Position numbers and translations under genes: made by a program. Of a stretch of 64,000 bases of DNA, positions 53,689 through 64,000 are shown piece by piece. Under the pieces are notes generated by a model. It did not search any database, was not told where the DNA came from, and saw only the letters and a program-made list of their open reading frames with translations. The stretch lies in sequence record LR756500.1, one strand, 5' to 3'. Numbering within the stretch: position 1 is the stretch's first letter; each line of letters begins with the position of its first letter.

Positions 53689-53853
53689 TTATTTATTAAT
53701 TAATGCTTTTATATCTTTATCTTTTATAAAATTCAAACCACCAATCTTTACAAAATTCAACACACCCTTTTCCTTCCAATTATATAAAGTCTGTCTAGTA
53801 ACATTAAATTCTTTACATACCTTCGATAGTTTTAATAACTTAAAATCTTCCAT
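53689..53853 (-). CDS. 54-aa helix-turn-helix protein, paralog of 6704-6868
   Basis: MEDFKLLKLSKVCKEFNVTRQTLYNWKEKG... Confidence 0.75.
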   Translation of the reverse strand: MEDFKLLKLSKVCKEFNVTRQTLYNWKEKGVLNFVKIGGLNFIKDKDIKALINK

Positions 53854-53981
53854 TGCTTAAAATATTAATTTATTTTATATATCATCAAGCCTTTATAGTT
53901 TTATATAAAATTTAGTTATATTTTTAAATTAAAAACTTTAATATTATATTTAATTATTAAATTTATATAAATTATAACAAA

Positions 53982-54724
53982 TTGATATTAGATAATAATA
54001 AAGAATTAACTCAAAAAGAATGGAATGCTCTTTGTATAATTCATAAATTAACATTAAGACTTGATATTGGTATAAGATTTGACTGGTCAAAATCAATTGA
54101 TGTTAAACATAAAAGTATATCACAGATTATTGATGAAAGTGTTTTTTTAAATAAAGAAACTAAAAAAATTATTATAAGTAAATCTAAAAGTTTTTACGGT
54201 AACCATGGTAGAATATCATGTAATTGGTATAGATGTACTAAATGCAATTCAACAACTATACTGGAACTTGATAAATATTGTTCTAAATGTGGTACAGAAT
54301 TAATTTGGGAAGAATAATTACGAAATATATTTACTTAGATTAAAAAATTATGTATATTAAATATATAGAGCAAAAAATTTCATATGCTAGTACAGTTATT
54401 GATAATACGTATTTAATCAATACTTCAGAAATATTTTCAATTAAATGTACTAAAAGAACTGAAGAATATACAAAGCCTGGAGGTTTTTCAGAAGTATATT
54501 TAAAAGAGTTTGGATTTATTACTATCTATAAAACTGATAAAATGTATCATCAATTTAATTTTACTAGTCATAAAAATACCGATGAATTTATAATGAAATT
54601 AGAAGAATATATAATTAATAATGAATCAATTGTTAAAGAAATTATAATTGAACACGAAGTAGTAGAAAGACCTAAATTTCCTGATAAAGAAAATTCTAAT
54701 ACATTCGATATAAAAATAAATTAA
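53982..54724 (+). other. two hypothetical CDS (53982-54317 with Zn ribbon, 54350-54724)
   Basis: ORF track. Confidence 0.55.
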
Positions 54725-54728
54725 ATAA

Positions 54729-55181
54729 ATGGAAGCTTTTGAAAAATTAGAAAAAGTTCTTAATCATATACAAAACGTTCAGAGAATTGCACAAAAACTT
54801 GGTATCATTTTAATTAAAAAAGGTGAACAAGAATTAGGAAGAAATCTTATAGCAAATGCGCAAATACATGATAATAGTAAATTAAAAGGTATTGAATTTG
54901 AACATTTATTTGCAGGCGATGAATTATTAAATGTTACAATTAAACATCATCATACAACAAATCCTCATCATCCTGAATATTGGGGAGATATTAAAAATAT
55001 GCCAGATGTTTATATAGCTGAAATGATATGCGATTTTATATCTAGATCTACGGAATTCGGTACAAGTGTTAGAGAATGGATAGAAAAAAATGCAACAAAA
55101 AAATATTCATTTGAAATGACTGATGAAATCGGTATAAAAATAAGTTATTTTATGAATTTAGTTTTAGATAAACCTTTTTGA
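54729..55181 (+). CDS. HD-like DUF5662-type protein
   Basis: IHDNSK, HHHTTNPHHPEYW, EMICD. Confidence 0.55.
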   Translation: MEAFEKLEKVLNHIQNVQRIAQKLGIILIKKGEQELGRNLIANAQIHDNSKLKGIEFEHLFAGDELLNVTIKHHHTTNPHHPEYWGDIKNMPDVYIAEMICDFISRSTEFGTSVREWIEKNATKKYSFEMTDEIGIKISYFMNLVLDKPF

Positions 55182-55411
55182 AATGATTGAAATAGGAAAA
55201 ATTTATACTTATAAGGATGGTAGATCTGTTATAGTTATACAAAAAAGTGATAAACAATTAAGAGCAGAAGTATCAGATGATATAGAAAACAAATGGAATC
55301 CATTTTGGATATACTATTCTGATTTAATTTTTATACTTTAAATAAAATTTTTAAATTTAAAACTTTTTTATTATATTTACATATTATTTAATTTAAATCT
55401 GTTATTATACT

Positions 55412-55983
55412 ATGCTAAAACCTGAACATATATATTTTCATATTTTAGATTCAGATATAATAGGTCATATAGAAGTCGTTATAACTCCTATTGAAATATT
55501 TAATAAAGTTAAGTTTATTTCAAGCATAAAAACATATCCTGAACTTAAAAATATTTTTAATGAATTAGAATTAGAATTTATTGATTCTTCAAGACTTATT
55601 CATAATGGTATTTTAACAAAAGAAGAATTAAATGATAAAATGCTTTCTTTAGGATTTAAAACAAACGAAGAATTTAAAGAAATAACAGAAAGTTTTTTTG
55701 AAATTGAATACGTTCCAAAATCAATTGAAGAATTAAAAAATTTAATAAAATGAAAATATTATTTTTACTTTTAAGTATTATTATTTTAACATCTTGTAGT
55801 GTATCAACATCAAAAATTGATGCTAATAAATTTAATACTAATGATATTACATATATAGAAGATACTAGAACTGGTGTATGTTATGCTATAATAGCTGTTC
55901 AAAAAGGTGGAAATTTTGAACAAAATGGAATTGGATTTACAGAAGTTCCTTGTGATAAAGTAAAAGAATATTTAAATAAATAA
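55412..55983 (+). other. two hypothetical CDS (55412-55753; 55750-55983 lipoprotein with ILTSC lipobox)
   Basis: ORF track; promoter motif at 55359-55380. Confidence 0.55.
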
Positions 55984-56024
55984 ACAATATTTATTAATCT
56001 CATATAAATTTAAAATAATTACAT

Positions 56025-56465
56025 ATGAAAATTGCTAAAGGTCTTAAAATAAAAAATGAGTTAAAAATAAAATTATCTCATCTTCAATCTCTTTTAATAC
56101 AACATAATTCTTCAATCGTTGGATCAACTAATGATTATAATACAGAAGAAGTATTAAAAGAATATATTGAGGTAAGAGATAAACTTATTTTACTTAAAAC
56201 AAATTTACAAAAGGCTACTTTACCTATTTATCAAAAAATATTTCGTATTTCTGAATTGAAAGCTACAATTAAAGCGTTAAGAAGTATGAATACAATATCT
56301 GGTAAAACAGTTAATTCTAGATATGGCGGTAGTGAAGTTATTGAAAATATAGCAACAATTGGTAACTTAGCTGTCGATAAAAAAGTTAAAGATATTGAAT
56401 TTGAAATTTCAAATTTACAAGATGAAATTGATGAATTCAACAATACTACTAATTTTGAATTTTAA
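56025..56465 (+). CDS. DIP1984/DUF6847-like helical protein
   Basis: MKIAKGL..., C-terminal LQDEIDEFNNTT pattern; family assignment from recalled pattern, not searched. Confidence 0.5.
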   Translation: MKIAKGLKIKNELKIKLSHLQSLLIQHNSSIVGSTNDYNTEEVLKEYIEVRDKLILLKTNLQKATLPIYQKIFRISELKATIKALRSMNTISGKTVNSRYGGSEVIENIATIGNLAVDKKVKDIEFEISNLQDEIDEFNNTTNFEF

Positions 56466-56479
56466 TTTATTATTGGTAT

Positions 56480-56655
56480 AGGGAACAGCGAAAGTGATTA
56501 ATTATTACATTACCCAGCAAGGTAAAACTTAAATTCTGACATTTAGATAACGTTAAAGATAATGAATTCAAAATTTATTCTTTATAATTCAAATATTCAA
56601 AATTTAAAATTTAAAAATCATCTTTGTAAATTTTAATTATTATTAGCTGTTTCCG
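56480..56655 (+). ncRNA. candidate structured ncRNA downstream of the DIP1984-like gene
   Basis: Closing stem GGAACAGC...GCTGTTTCC, hairpin TTACC-cagcaa-GGTAA, internal TTCAAAA/TTTAAAA repeats. Confidence 0.45.
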
Positions 56656-56690
56656 TTTTTAAAACAAATAAATATATAAATAATAAAATA

Positions 56691-56935
56691 ATGAACAAGA
56701 TACAGCGATGGAGTTATCCAAAAGTGTATACTAAATTAAATTTATTGGCTGAGGAAGAAGGTTTCTTTATTAAGCAGGTGAATCCAGCATATACTAGTCA
56801 GACTTGTTCAGAATGCGGGGAATATAGATAAAGAGAGTCCGTAAAGGTGAGGTTTATTTATGTTCGAGCTGTAAAATAGAGATTAATACAGCATTGAATA
56901 TTTTGCATAGAGGAGTATATGGTCCCTCTAATTAA
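56691..56935 (+). pseudogene. tnpB: TnpB C-terminal remnant (Zn ribbon, frameshifted)
   Basis: RWSY..VNPAYTSQTCSECG / RKGEVYLCSSC..ALNILHRGVYGPS. Confidence 0.75.
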
Positions 56936-57039
56936 AAATAATTATAATAAATACAAATTATGCGATTTAAAATATCAAATACTGGCAAAGGAGCATTCCT
57001 TTTTTCTGTCTCGTAAAGAAACAGAAAAATAAATGCTTT

Positions 57040-60000
57040 ATGGGAAAAACTTACATTCATATTCAAAAAGCTAAACATGGTTTGGCTTATATTGAATTTA
57101 ATGATTATTTAGAATTAAATAATGAATATTATGAGAAACTAGATCAAATTTATGATTCATTTGGATTGTATTCTAAATATTTACGACATTGTCATAGAAG
57201 TGGGGAAACAGATTGGTTATTTACAACTCGTATTAAAAAACGAAATAAGATTGCTAATAAAGATATGCAATCACAGTTGAATGATTATTATGGAATTGAA
57301 GAAAAGAATTTAAACAAATTTAGAGATAAATCACTCAAAGTATTTCAACTTAAAAAGAAATATGGTATACCATCATCTTATAGTTATTTTACTTTTAGTA
57401 AAAAATTCTCAACATTTAAAGGAGCTTTAAGAGCTGGAAAATCATCTATTAAAAATAATAGATATTTTGAATTTGAAATATTAGAAAATAATAAAATAAT
57501 TTATAAAGAAAATAAAAATGGAAGAAATTGAAGATTTAAAATTTGAATCAGAATTAAATAAAAAAAATACTTTAGAGGAAGTAAAAGAGTATTATGAACA
57601 AATTTATGCTAAAAGATTAACTAGTAGTTATACTATTAATATTGGAGGTCCTATATACAATAAATATTTAGTTAACTATTTAAAAAATAAAGTAAAATGG
57701 AGTGGTAAAGAAATTTTATTTCTTAATACTTTAGTTAATAATTTAGAAGTAAATTTATCTAAAGATAATTTCAAATTACCTGCTATGTTTGTTGAAGGAA
57801 TTGATCAATTTTTATCTCGTCATGAGGGCTTTGGATGCGCTAGTGGTGATAAAATATTTAATATATTTGTGTCATTACAAAATGTAGTTTTATATTTAAC
57901 AGAATTACAAAATGAATTAAAAGCAACAAAAAATAAATTAATTCAATTAGAGACAGAACGAGCAAAAGTACAGATGGTTTAATAAAGTACGAATTACGAA
58001 AAACGAATACTTAAAACAGTCAAAATAATGGATGAAAAAGAGTTAAAAGAAAAAATTAAAAATGAATTAGTAGGAGTTGAACTTAAAAAAATAATTCCAT
58101 CAACTACTAGAGTGCAAGCTGTTCATCTTAAAATTAATGGTACTAATTATCAAGTTACAGTTTCTCCATTACCTAGATTATGGACCGAAACAGCGGCTTA
58201 TGAAGCAACAAGAACTGGAAGAGTTTTAGATTTTACAAAGTCGTTCTTTAAATTCCAAGGTGATGATATATTTGAAGGTATTAAAGAATTATCTAATTGC
58301 TTAAATGGATTACCATTTAAAAATGAAAATAATACTAAACCATTATTAGATTTTAAACTAAAATAAATATGAAAATTTTTAAACGACATACCCTCATAAT
58401 TAGAGGAGAATAATTAGTTCCCTATATTATTCTCCAATAACAAAATAAGGAGGATAATATGAAAAATTACAAAAGAGCTCTAAGAAGAGATCAAAAAAGA
58501 ACTAAGTATATTAAACGTTTAAAGATGTTTTATTTTAGTGATTCATGGTTAGTTAATTGTAAATCATGGACTGATGTTGAAAAAGAACATCCAGTAATAG
58601 CATATAAATTAAAAACAATGTCTACGACATGCAGTTGTGAAATGTGTGCTTATTTAAAATATAATAGAACGGAATTTAAACATAAAACAAATAAATTATT
58701 AAATGAGTTTGAATACAATTACGAAAATTCAGTATTATGATATAGTAACTAAATATAAAAATACTTATCATAATCCTATTAAAATTAAAGCTAATCCAAA
58801 TGTTTCAGCAGAAGATATTATGAAATTTGCTTATAAAAATAAATTTATTAATGAAGATGATTTTCATTTTAAAATCAAAATTAATCCTATCACTGAACAC
58901 CAATATAAAAAATTAAGTATGACAAAATGAAAAAAATTTTATTTATATTATTAACATTTTCATTTTCATTTATATATGCTCAAGATTATTATAATCCTGA
59001 TCAAGCAGAAATTAATGATTTAAAAATGATTATAAAAACATATGAAAAGGAAAATTTATCATTAAAAAATGATTGTAAAGATTTAAATGATAAATTTATT
59101 AAAACTATAGATTCTCTTACATTACAAAATATAGAAACAGTTAAAATGCTAACTAATTTAAAATTTGATTTAAAAGTCATTTATGCTGTAAATAAAGCCA
59201 AAATTAAATTTTTAGAAAACCAAATGAATCTTAGTCATGAATTTTCTATTCGACTTATAGATATAGTTATGCTTGGATTTATTATTGTAATTTTTACATT
59301 ATTACCAACATCTAAAAAGAATTAAATTTTAAAATTACTTTAAATCTTATTTTTATTTTAAACCCTTTGTTATTATATTTATTTTAAATAATAATAATTA
59401 TATGGAAACTTTAAGATTAAATAGATATTCAGTATGGTCAAAATATGTTAGAACATTTTGGGGAATTAAAGATGAATCCACATTATCTGATATATGCTCG
59501 TATCGAGCATATAGTATTTTACCTGCTATTTTATTACCATTTACTATAACATCTTATATTATATGGGAATTATTTAGATATATTTTGGATGGAAAACATA
59601 GTTATAAAAATGATAATGGTTTAAATGTAATATGGTTAATTTTTGTACCATTTATTTTATCATGTATATTAACGTTCGTTGAAAATAAAGATCATATAAG
59701 TCTTAATATGGTTTTAAATATTGATAAATTAACATTTTATATTTTAAGTTATTTTGCTTCTCCTATTATTGGAATTCTTATATTATTAATATTAATAGCA
59801 TTTCTTGCAATGCTTATGGGAATATATAAGTTAGGTGAAATAATTATTGAAATAATTAAAGATCTTTTTAAATCAAAAAATGAAACAACTAAAGTGAAGA
59901 AACCTACATTATTAGGCGAATTTCATAAAAGTTTAAAAGAAAAATATTGTACAAAAATAGAATGGTTTTAAGTAAGAAAATAATATCGATTATTAATTAC

Positions 60001-62687
60001 TTTAAATCTTATTTTTATTTTAAACCCTTTGTTATTATATTTACCTATAATTATTAAAATAAATTTTTATGAAAAACTGGCCATTTACAGAAGAAATAGG
60101 GCAAGGTCCTAGAAGTATTATCAGACAAGATATTATGCAGTTACCAAATGTTAAAAATTGTATGACAAAGGACGATACAATTACTATTGTAGATTCTTTT
60201 AATGTTAAACATCCAGATGAAAAACATTCTGTAAATATCCCGCTTGTTGAAGATATCATTAAAAATTATTCTAAAGGTGCTGGGTTTGTTATTGAATCAA
60301 TGACATCAAAAAGAGTTCAAATTAAAAATACCGATACTTATCATTTGATTTATACAATACACAATTTTGATAAAATAAAGTAAAATGAATTTTACCAATT
60401 TTAATAAAAGAATTTTTTCAAAATACCCTGGTATCAATTGGATTGGTACTAGTGGTACATTGAAAATTGATGAAAAGAGAATGGTAACTATTACTATAAA
60501 TGATCCTGCAATTCATCAACATTATACTTCATATAAATGTGAAATTAAAAATATTTTACTCGGTAATAGTATAGCATTTAAATCTTTTAATTTTAATGAA
60601 CATTTAGTTATTGATGATAATAGAAAATCAGACAGTAATGGTATTAAATTAATTTCTTATGTTAAAATTGATTGGTATAATGCTCCTAAAAATGAAACAC
60701 AAATTGCTGATATTATTTTTAATTGGATTAATCAATATAAAATAGTTGAAGATAAAAAGAAATTTATTGTTTTAACTGATGAAGGAACTACAATGTCTCC
60801 TAATGGGAAAGATGTTGAAAATTTACAAGTTTTAGCAATATTAGAATCAAAAGATAAAGAATTAGCGGAACTTGAATTTAAGCATGATTATAAAAAAATG
60901 CTAAAAGACGGTAAATGGAAAAACTATAAAATTCACGAATTAATTTAATTATGTTAATTGTATCTAATTTTCACGACTATTATGATACATCTATGGGAAT
61001 CCATGGAATAGATAAAACTATTGTTTATAATAGAAAAACCGAAGAAATAAAAAAATTTCATATAGACTTAGAAAAAAAATTACCACATATTTCAAAAGGA
61101 TATAGTATCCGTTTTAATAGTACTGTTACTAAAGATAAACCTAATATGATTCCTTACATTATCGGGTTTTGTGGTAAATCTTATGTTGTATATAAAAAAT
61201 CTTGGTATGAAGAATATCCCACTGAAAATTTTGAATTCATATATGATTATGAAGAAATAAAAAAAATATTACTTAATAATAAAGAAAGATATGATTTAAA
61301 TAAACATACAGAATTACAATTAGCTGAAGCCTATAAGTTTTATCATAATAAACCTTTATTTAAAAATGTATTTTTAGAGTTAAAAACACCGATCTTTTCA
61401 TATGAACTTCATAAACAATTTATAATAAATCCAAAACTTTTAGATTACCAATTTTTTAAAGTTTTTGATCCATTTACAACATTTCAAGAAATACAAATGT
61501 TTATAGGTGGTGTATTAACTAATCCCGAAAAAAATTATATTCAAATTGATGAAAAATATCGTCAAGCACAAAGAGGTTTAGATAAAACATCTTTCAGACA
61601 ACAAGCTCCAGGTAAAAAGAAAGAACAAAGAAAAATTAATAAAGAACGTAAACGTAAAACTAATGAAAACAAATAAATTAGTACTCTTATATATTTCAAT
61701 ATCTTTACTATTTTCATGCGCTTCTAATAATACTACCGATAAAAAATATGAACCTGAACCTGAATTTAAAAATAGTGAATATCCTATTATAAAGTGGGTA
61801 TTAATATCTTCACAAAATAAAGGTTATCTTATAACTTTAGATGAAAATGAAAAATATTTTTTTATATGGCCTGAAGGACCTGTATTTAACTATAATACTG
61901 AAGAGGAAGTATCACCTCATAAATATTTAGAGTTATCTGATATGATACAAGACTTTAAAAATAAATCAAAAATAAAAGAAATTAAAAAACTTTATAATGA
62001 TTAAAGTATATTTAAATTCAAATTTTATAATAGACTCTATTAATCAAAATTTAACTGGTGAGTTAACTCATGTAGCAAATATTGATATATTAGATTTGGA
62101 AAAAGCCTTTTATTTAACACAAAATTTAACAGATTCTTGGATTAAAAATAAAGAAATTGTTCCTGTTATTAATGAACTTCAAAGATCAATATCTGCTGGA
62201 GATGTATTTGAATATGCAGATACTTTTTATTTTATTGATATGATAAGATTTAAAGAAATAGAAGTAGATAAATCTAAAATTAAATAATATGAATCGAAAA
62301 ATTGATAAAGATATTTTCAAAAAAAATATTAGTGATAGTGCAAAAATTATAAGAACATTAATTGAAAAAGCAATTAATTCTCACGAAATAACTATTGATG
62401 AACATGAAAAAATTACTCATTTAGCAACTGCTGATGGATTAATTGATAATCATGAAAAAGCATTACTTGCACAATTAAACGATTTAATTAATGATAAAAC
62501 GATTAAATTTGTTAAAAGTAAAGAAGCTGTTTTAAAAGAAAAAACCTCTTTAACAAAAGATGAAATAAAAATTTTATTAAACGATGAGTTTATAATTTTT
62601 GAAAAGAAATGGCATGGTGTTATGAATGGTTCAGATCTACAAACTTTAGCGCAATTTATTATGCAAATAAATGAAAAATTAAAATAA
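57040..62687 (+). other. run of about 14 hypothetical CDS (some membrane proteins or lipoproteins)
   Basis: ORF track; co-oriented. Confidence 0.55.
59333..60043 (+). repeat. 49-bp exact direct repeat (59333-59381 and 59995-60043) containing the promoter motif and flanking CDS 59402-59971
   Basis: AATTACTTTAAATCTTATTTTTATTTTAAACCCTTTGTTATTATATTTA twice. Confidence 0.85.
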
Positions 62688-63038
62688 TGGCTTGTTTAGA
62701 AGAAGGTACAGTTAGTGGAAAACCATTAACTAAAAAAGAAAGTATAGAACAATTAATAAGGTTATATGAATATAACTATAATTGTGCATGTCGCGATAAT
62801 GATTCTATTAAAATAGAATATTATTCAGAACAATTAAAAAAACAAAAAGAAAAATTGAAATAATGGCTAAAAAAACAGCATCAAATAATTCAGTTATAAA
62901 ATATTGTCCTTATTGTAAAAATCCATTACAAGACAATACTAAACTAGCGCAAGGAATAAAAGAATGCACTGTATGTGATGCAAGATTTTTAATTATAACA
63001 ACTACAGTACCGAAAAAAGAAATAGAAAATAATGAATT

Positions 63039-63434
63039 ATGATAATTGAAGACTATATTAAACAATTAATTAAAATTGAAGTTATAGAAAATTCTGACGA
63101 TTTCGGTTATTATCCTTTTCATCTTTGGAGTGAAAATAAAGATGGTACTAATGATTTAAATTCATTATTATTAGGAGGAGATGTTTTAAGTTGTTATAAA
63201 AGATTTAAATCTTATATAGTTAAAAATGCAAAAACTATTTATATGTCAGTTGACTTTCCTGCTGTCGAAGATAATGCGAGAGATTTTGTTGCTGTATTTT
63301 CTTATGTTAATGGGGAAGTTAATTGTATAGCAATACCGTATAACATAAAAAATGGAGAAGTTTTTCCTATCATAAAAGAAGGAAAATTTATAAATCTAAT
63401 TTTAAATCAATTAAATGCTGTTATAAATAATTGA
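63039..63434 (+). CDS. hypothetical protein
   Basis: ORF track. Confidence 0.55.
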   Translation: MIIEDYIKQLIKIEVIENSDDFGYYPFHLWSENKDGTNDLNSLLLGGDVLSCYKRFKSYIVKNAKTIYMSVDFPAVEDNARDFVAVFSYVNGEVNCIAIPYNIKNGEVFPIIKEGKFINLILNQLNAVINN

Positions 63435-63460
63435 ATTCATTAATTACGAATTACGAATTA

Positions 63461-63491
63461 CGATATCTGTTCTTATTAAAGGCAGATATCG
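63461..63491 (+). terminator. hairpin after 63039-63434
   Basis: CGATATCTG-13nt-CAGATATCG preceded by 3x ATTACGA. Confidence 0.45.
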
Positions 63492-63762
63492 TTGTTTATA
63501 CAAACTTTAAAATAGTATTGTAAAATTCTATTTAAAATATTTTTTTCTTAAAATATTTGTTAATATATTTATTTAATAATTAATATTAATACAATAACAT
63601 GGTACATTCATATAAAAATTACAAATCTAGTTTAAAGATAAGTATTAAAAATAATAAATCCAATACTTAATTAAAAACAATATTACCGATTTTTATATTA
63701 ATATCTTTGTTATTAAATTTACCTATTAATTTAAAATATTTATTAACTTTAATTTTTTAATC

Positions 63763-64000
63763 ATGTCAAACAAAAACAAGCAAACTGGTGCAAAAAAGAA
63801 TTTAAACGAAAATGATAATTCTGATGCCCAAACTGTTGCTACTGATGTAGTTAACAATGTAGAAAACAAAGAAGAAGCTGTCGAAAATAACGAAGAAGTT
63901 GTTGTAGAAGATATGCAAATTCCTGAAATTCCTACTGCTGAAAAAGCAAAGAAAAGAATTATTAAACCTTTAGTAAAAGGTATTGGTTTTAATGATTTTG
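63763..64000 (+). CDS. partial CDS running off the window (acidic N-terminus)
   Basis: ATG at 63763, open to the window end (MSNKNKQTGAKK...). Confidence 0.55.
   Translation, partial: MSNKNKQTGAKKNLNENDNSDAQTVATDVVNNVENKEEAVENNEEVVVEDMQIPEIPTAEKAKKRIIKPLVKGIGFNDF

Noticed and set aside
199-60259. Antisense shadow ORFs in the track (e.g. 199-396, 3971-4383, 7455-7688, 23958-24236, 29202-29396, 33656-33913, 34208-34663, 37802-38650, 47423-47997, 52578-52928, 56231-56443, 58198-58389, 60041-60259)
   Set aside because: They lie opposite well-supported genes and have F/L/S/I-rich antisense composition with no motifs.
63443-63463. ATTACGA x3 tandem repeat
   Set aside because: Very short microsatellite next to a terminator-like hairpin; no evidence of function.
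1-64000. tRNA, tmRNA, rRNA genes and an integron integrase
   Set aside because: No cloverleaf or T-loop GTTCGA context and no R-H-R-H-Y tyrosine recombinase ORF recognised; a tRNAscan-SE/Aragorn/HMM run would be needed to exclude divergent copies.

Overview
Very AT-rich, gene-dense window with no rRNA, tRNA or CRISPR array that I can support. It holds mostly short hypothetical ORFs plus scattered accessory enzymes. It reads like the accessory region of a large (jumbo-type) phage, probably of a Bacteroidota host. This is an inference from the ORF density, Hef-like endonuclease, ClpP, MazG-like and PolX genes, a repeated TATATTTA promoter motif and TATAAATA motifs; no capsid, terminase or replicase hallmark gene is present. 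The main discovery is two divergent integron-like gene-cassette arrays, at 23.8-29.2 kb (about 17 cassettes) and 33.2-35.0 kb (3-4 cassettes). Small ORFs are separated by attC-like imperfect palindromes (..AAC / arm / loop / arm / GTT..), and the 9-10 bp cores flanking each ORF are mutually complementary. Each array abuts one copy of the same 99-bp element (97/99 identical, inverted), which behaves like an attI site. Every ORF is antisense to the attC polarity, many ORFs start inside the attC loop, and the newest cassette of array 2 is an RlmN/Cfr-family radical SAM methyltransferase. No integrase is present in the window. Other content: an ABC transporter/OmpA/coiled-coil membrane module, three TnpB-family loci (one chimeric and nonsense-mutated, one intact, one remnant), two candidate structured ncRNAs, lysine 2,3-aminomutase, an LRR protein, a GT2 glycosyltransferase, a GATase and a metallophosphoesterase.
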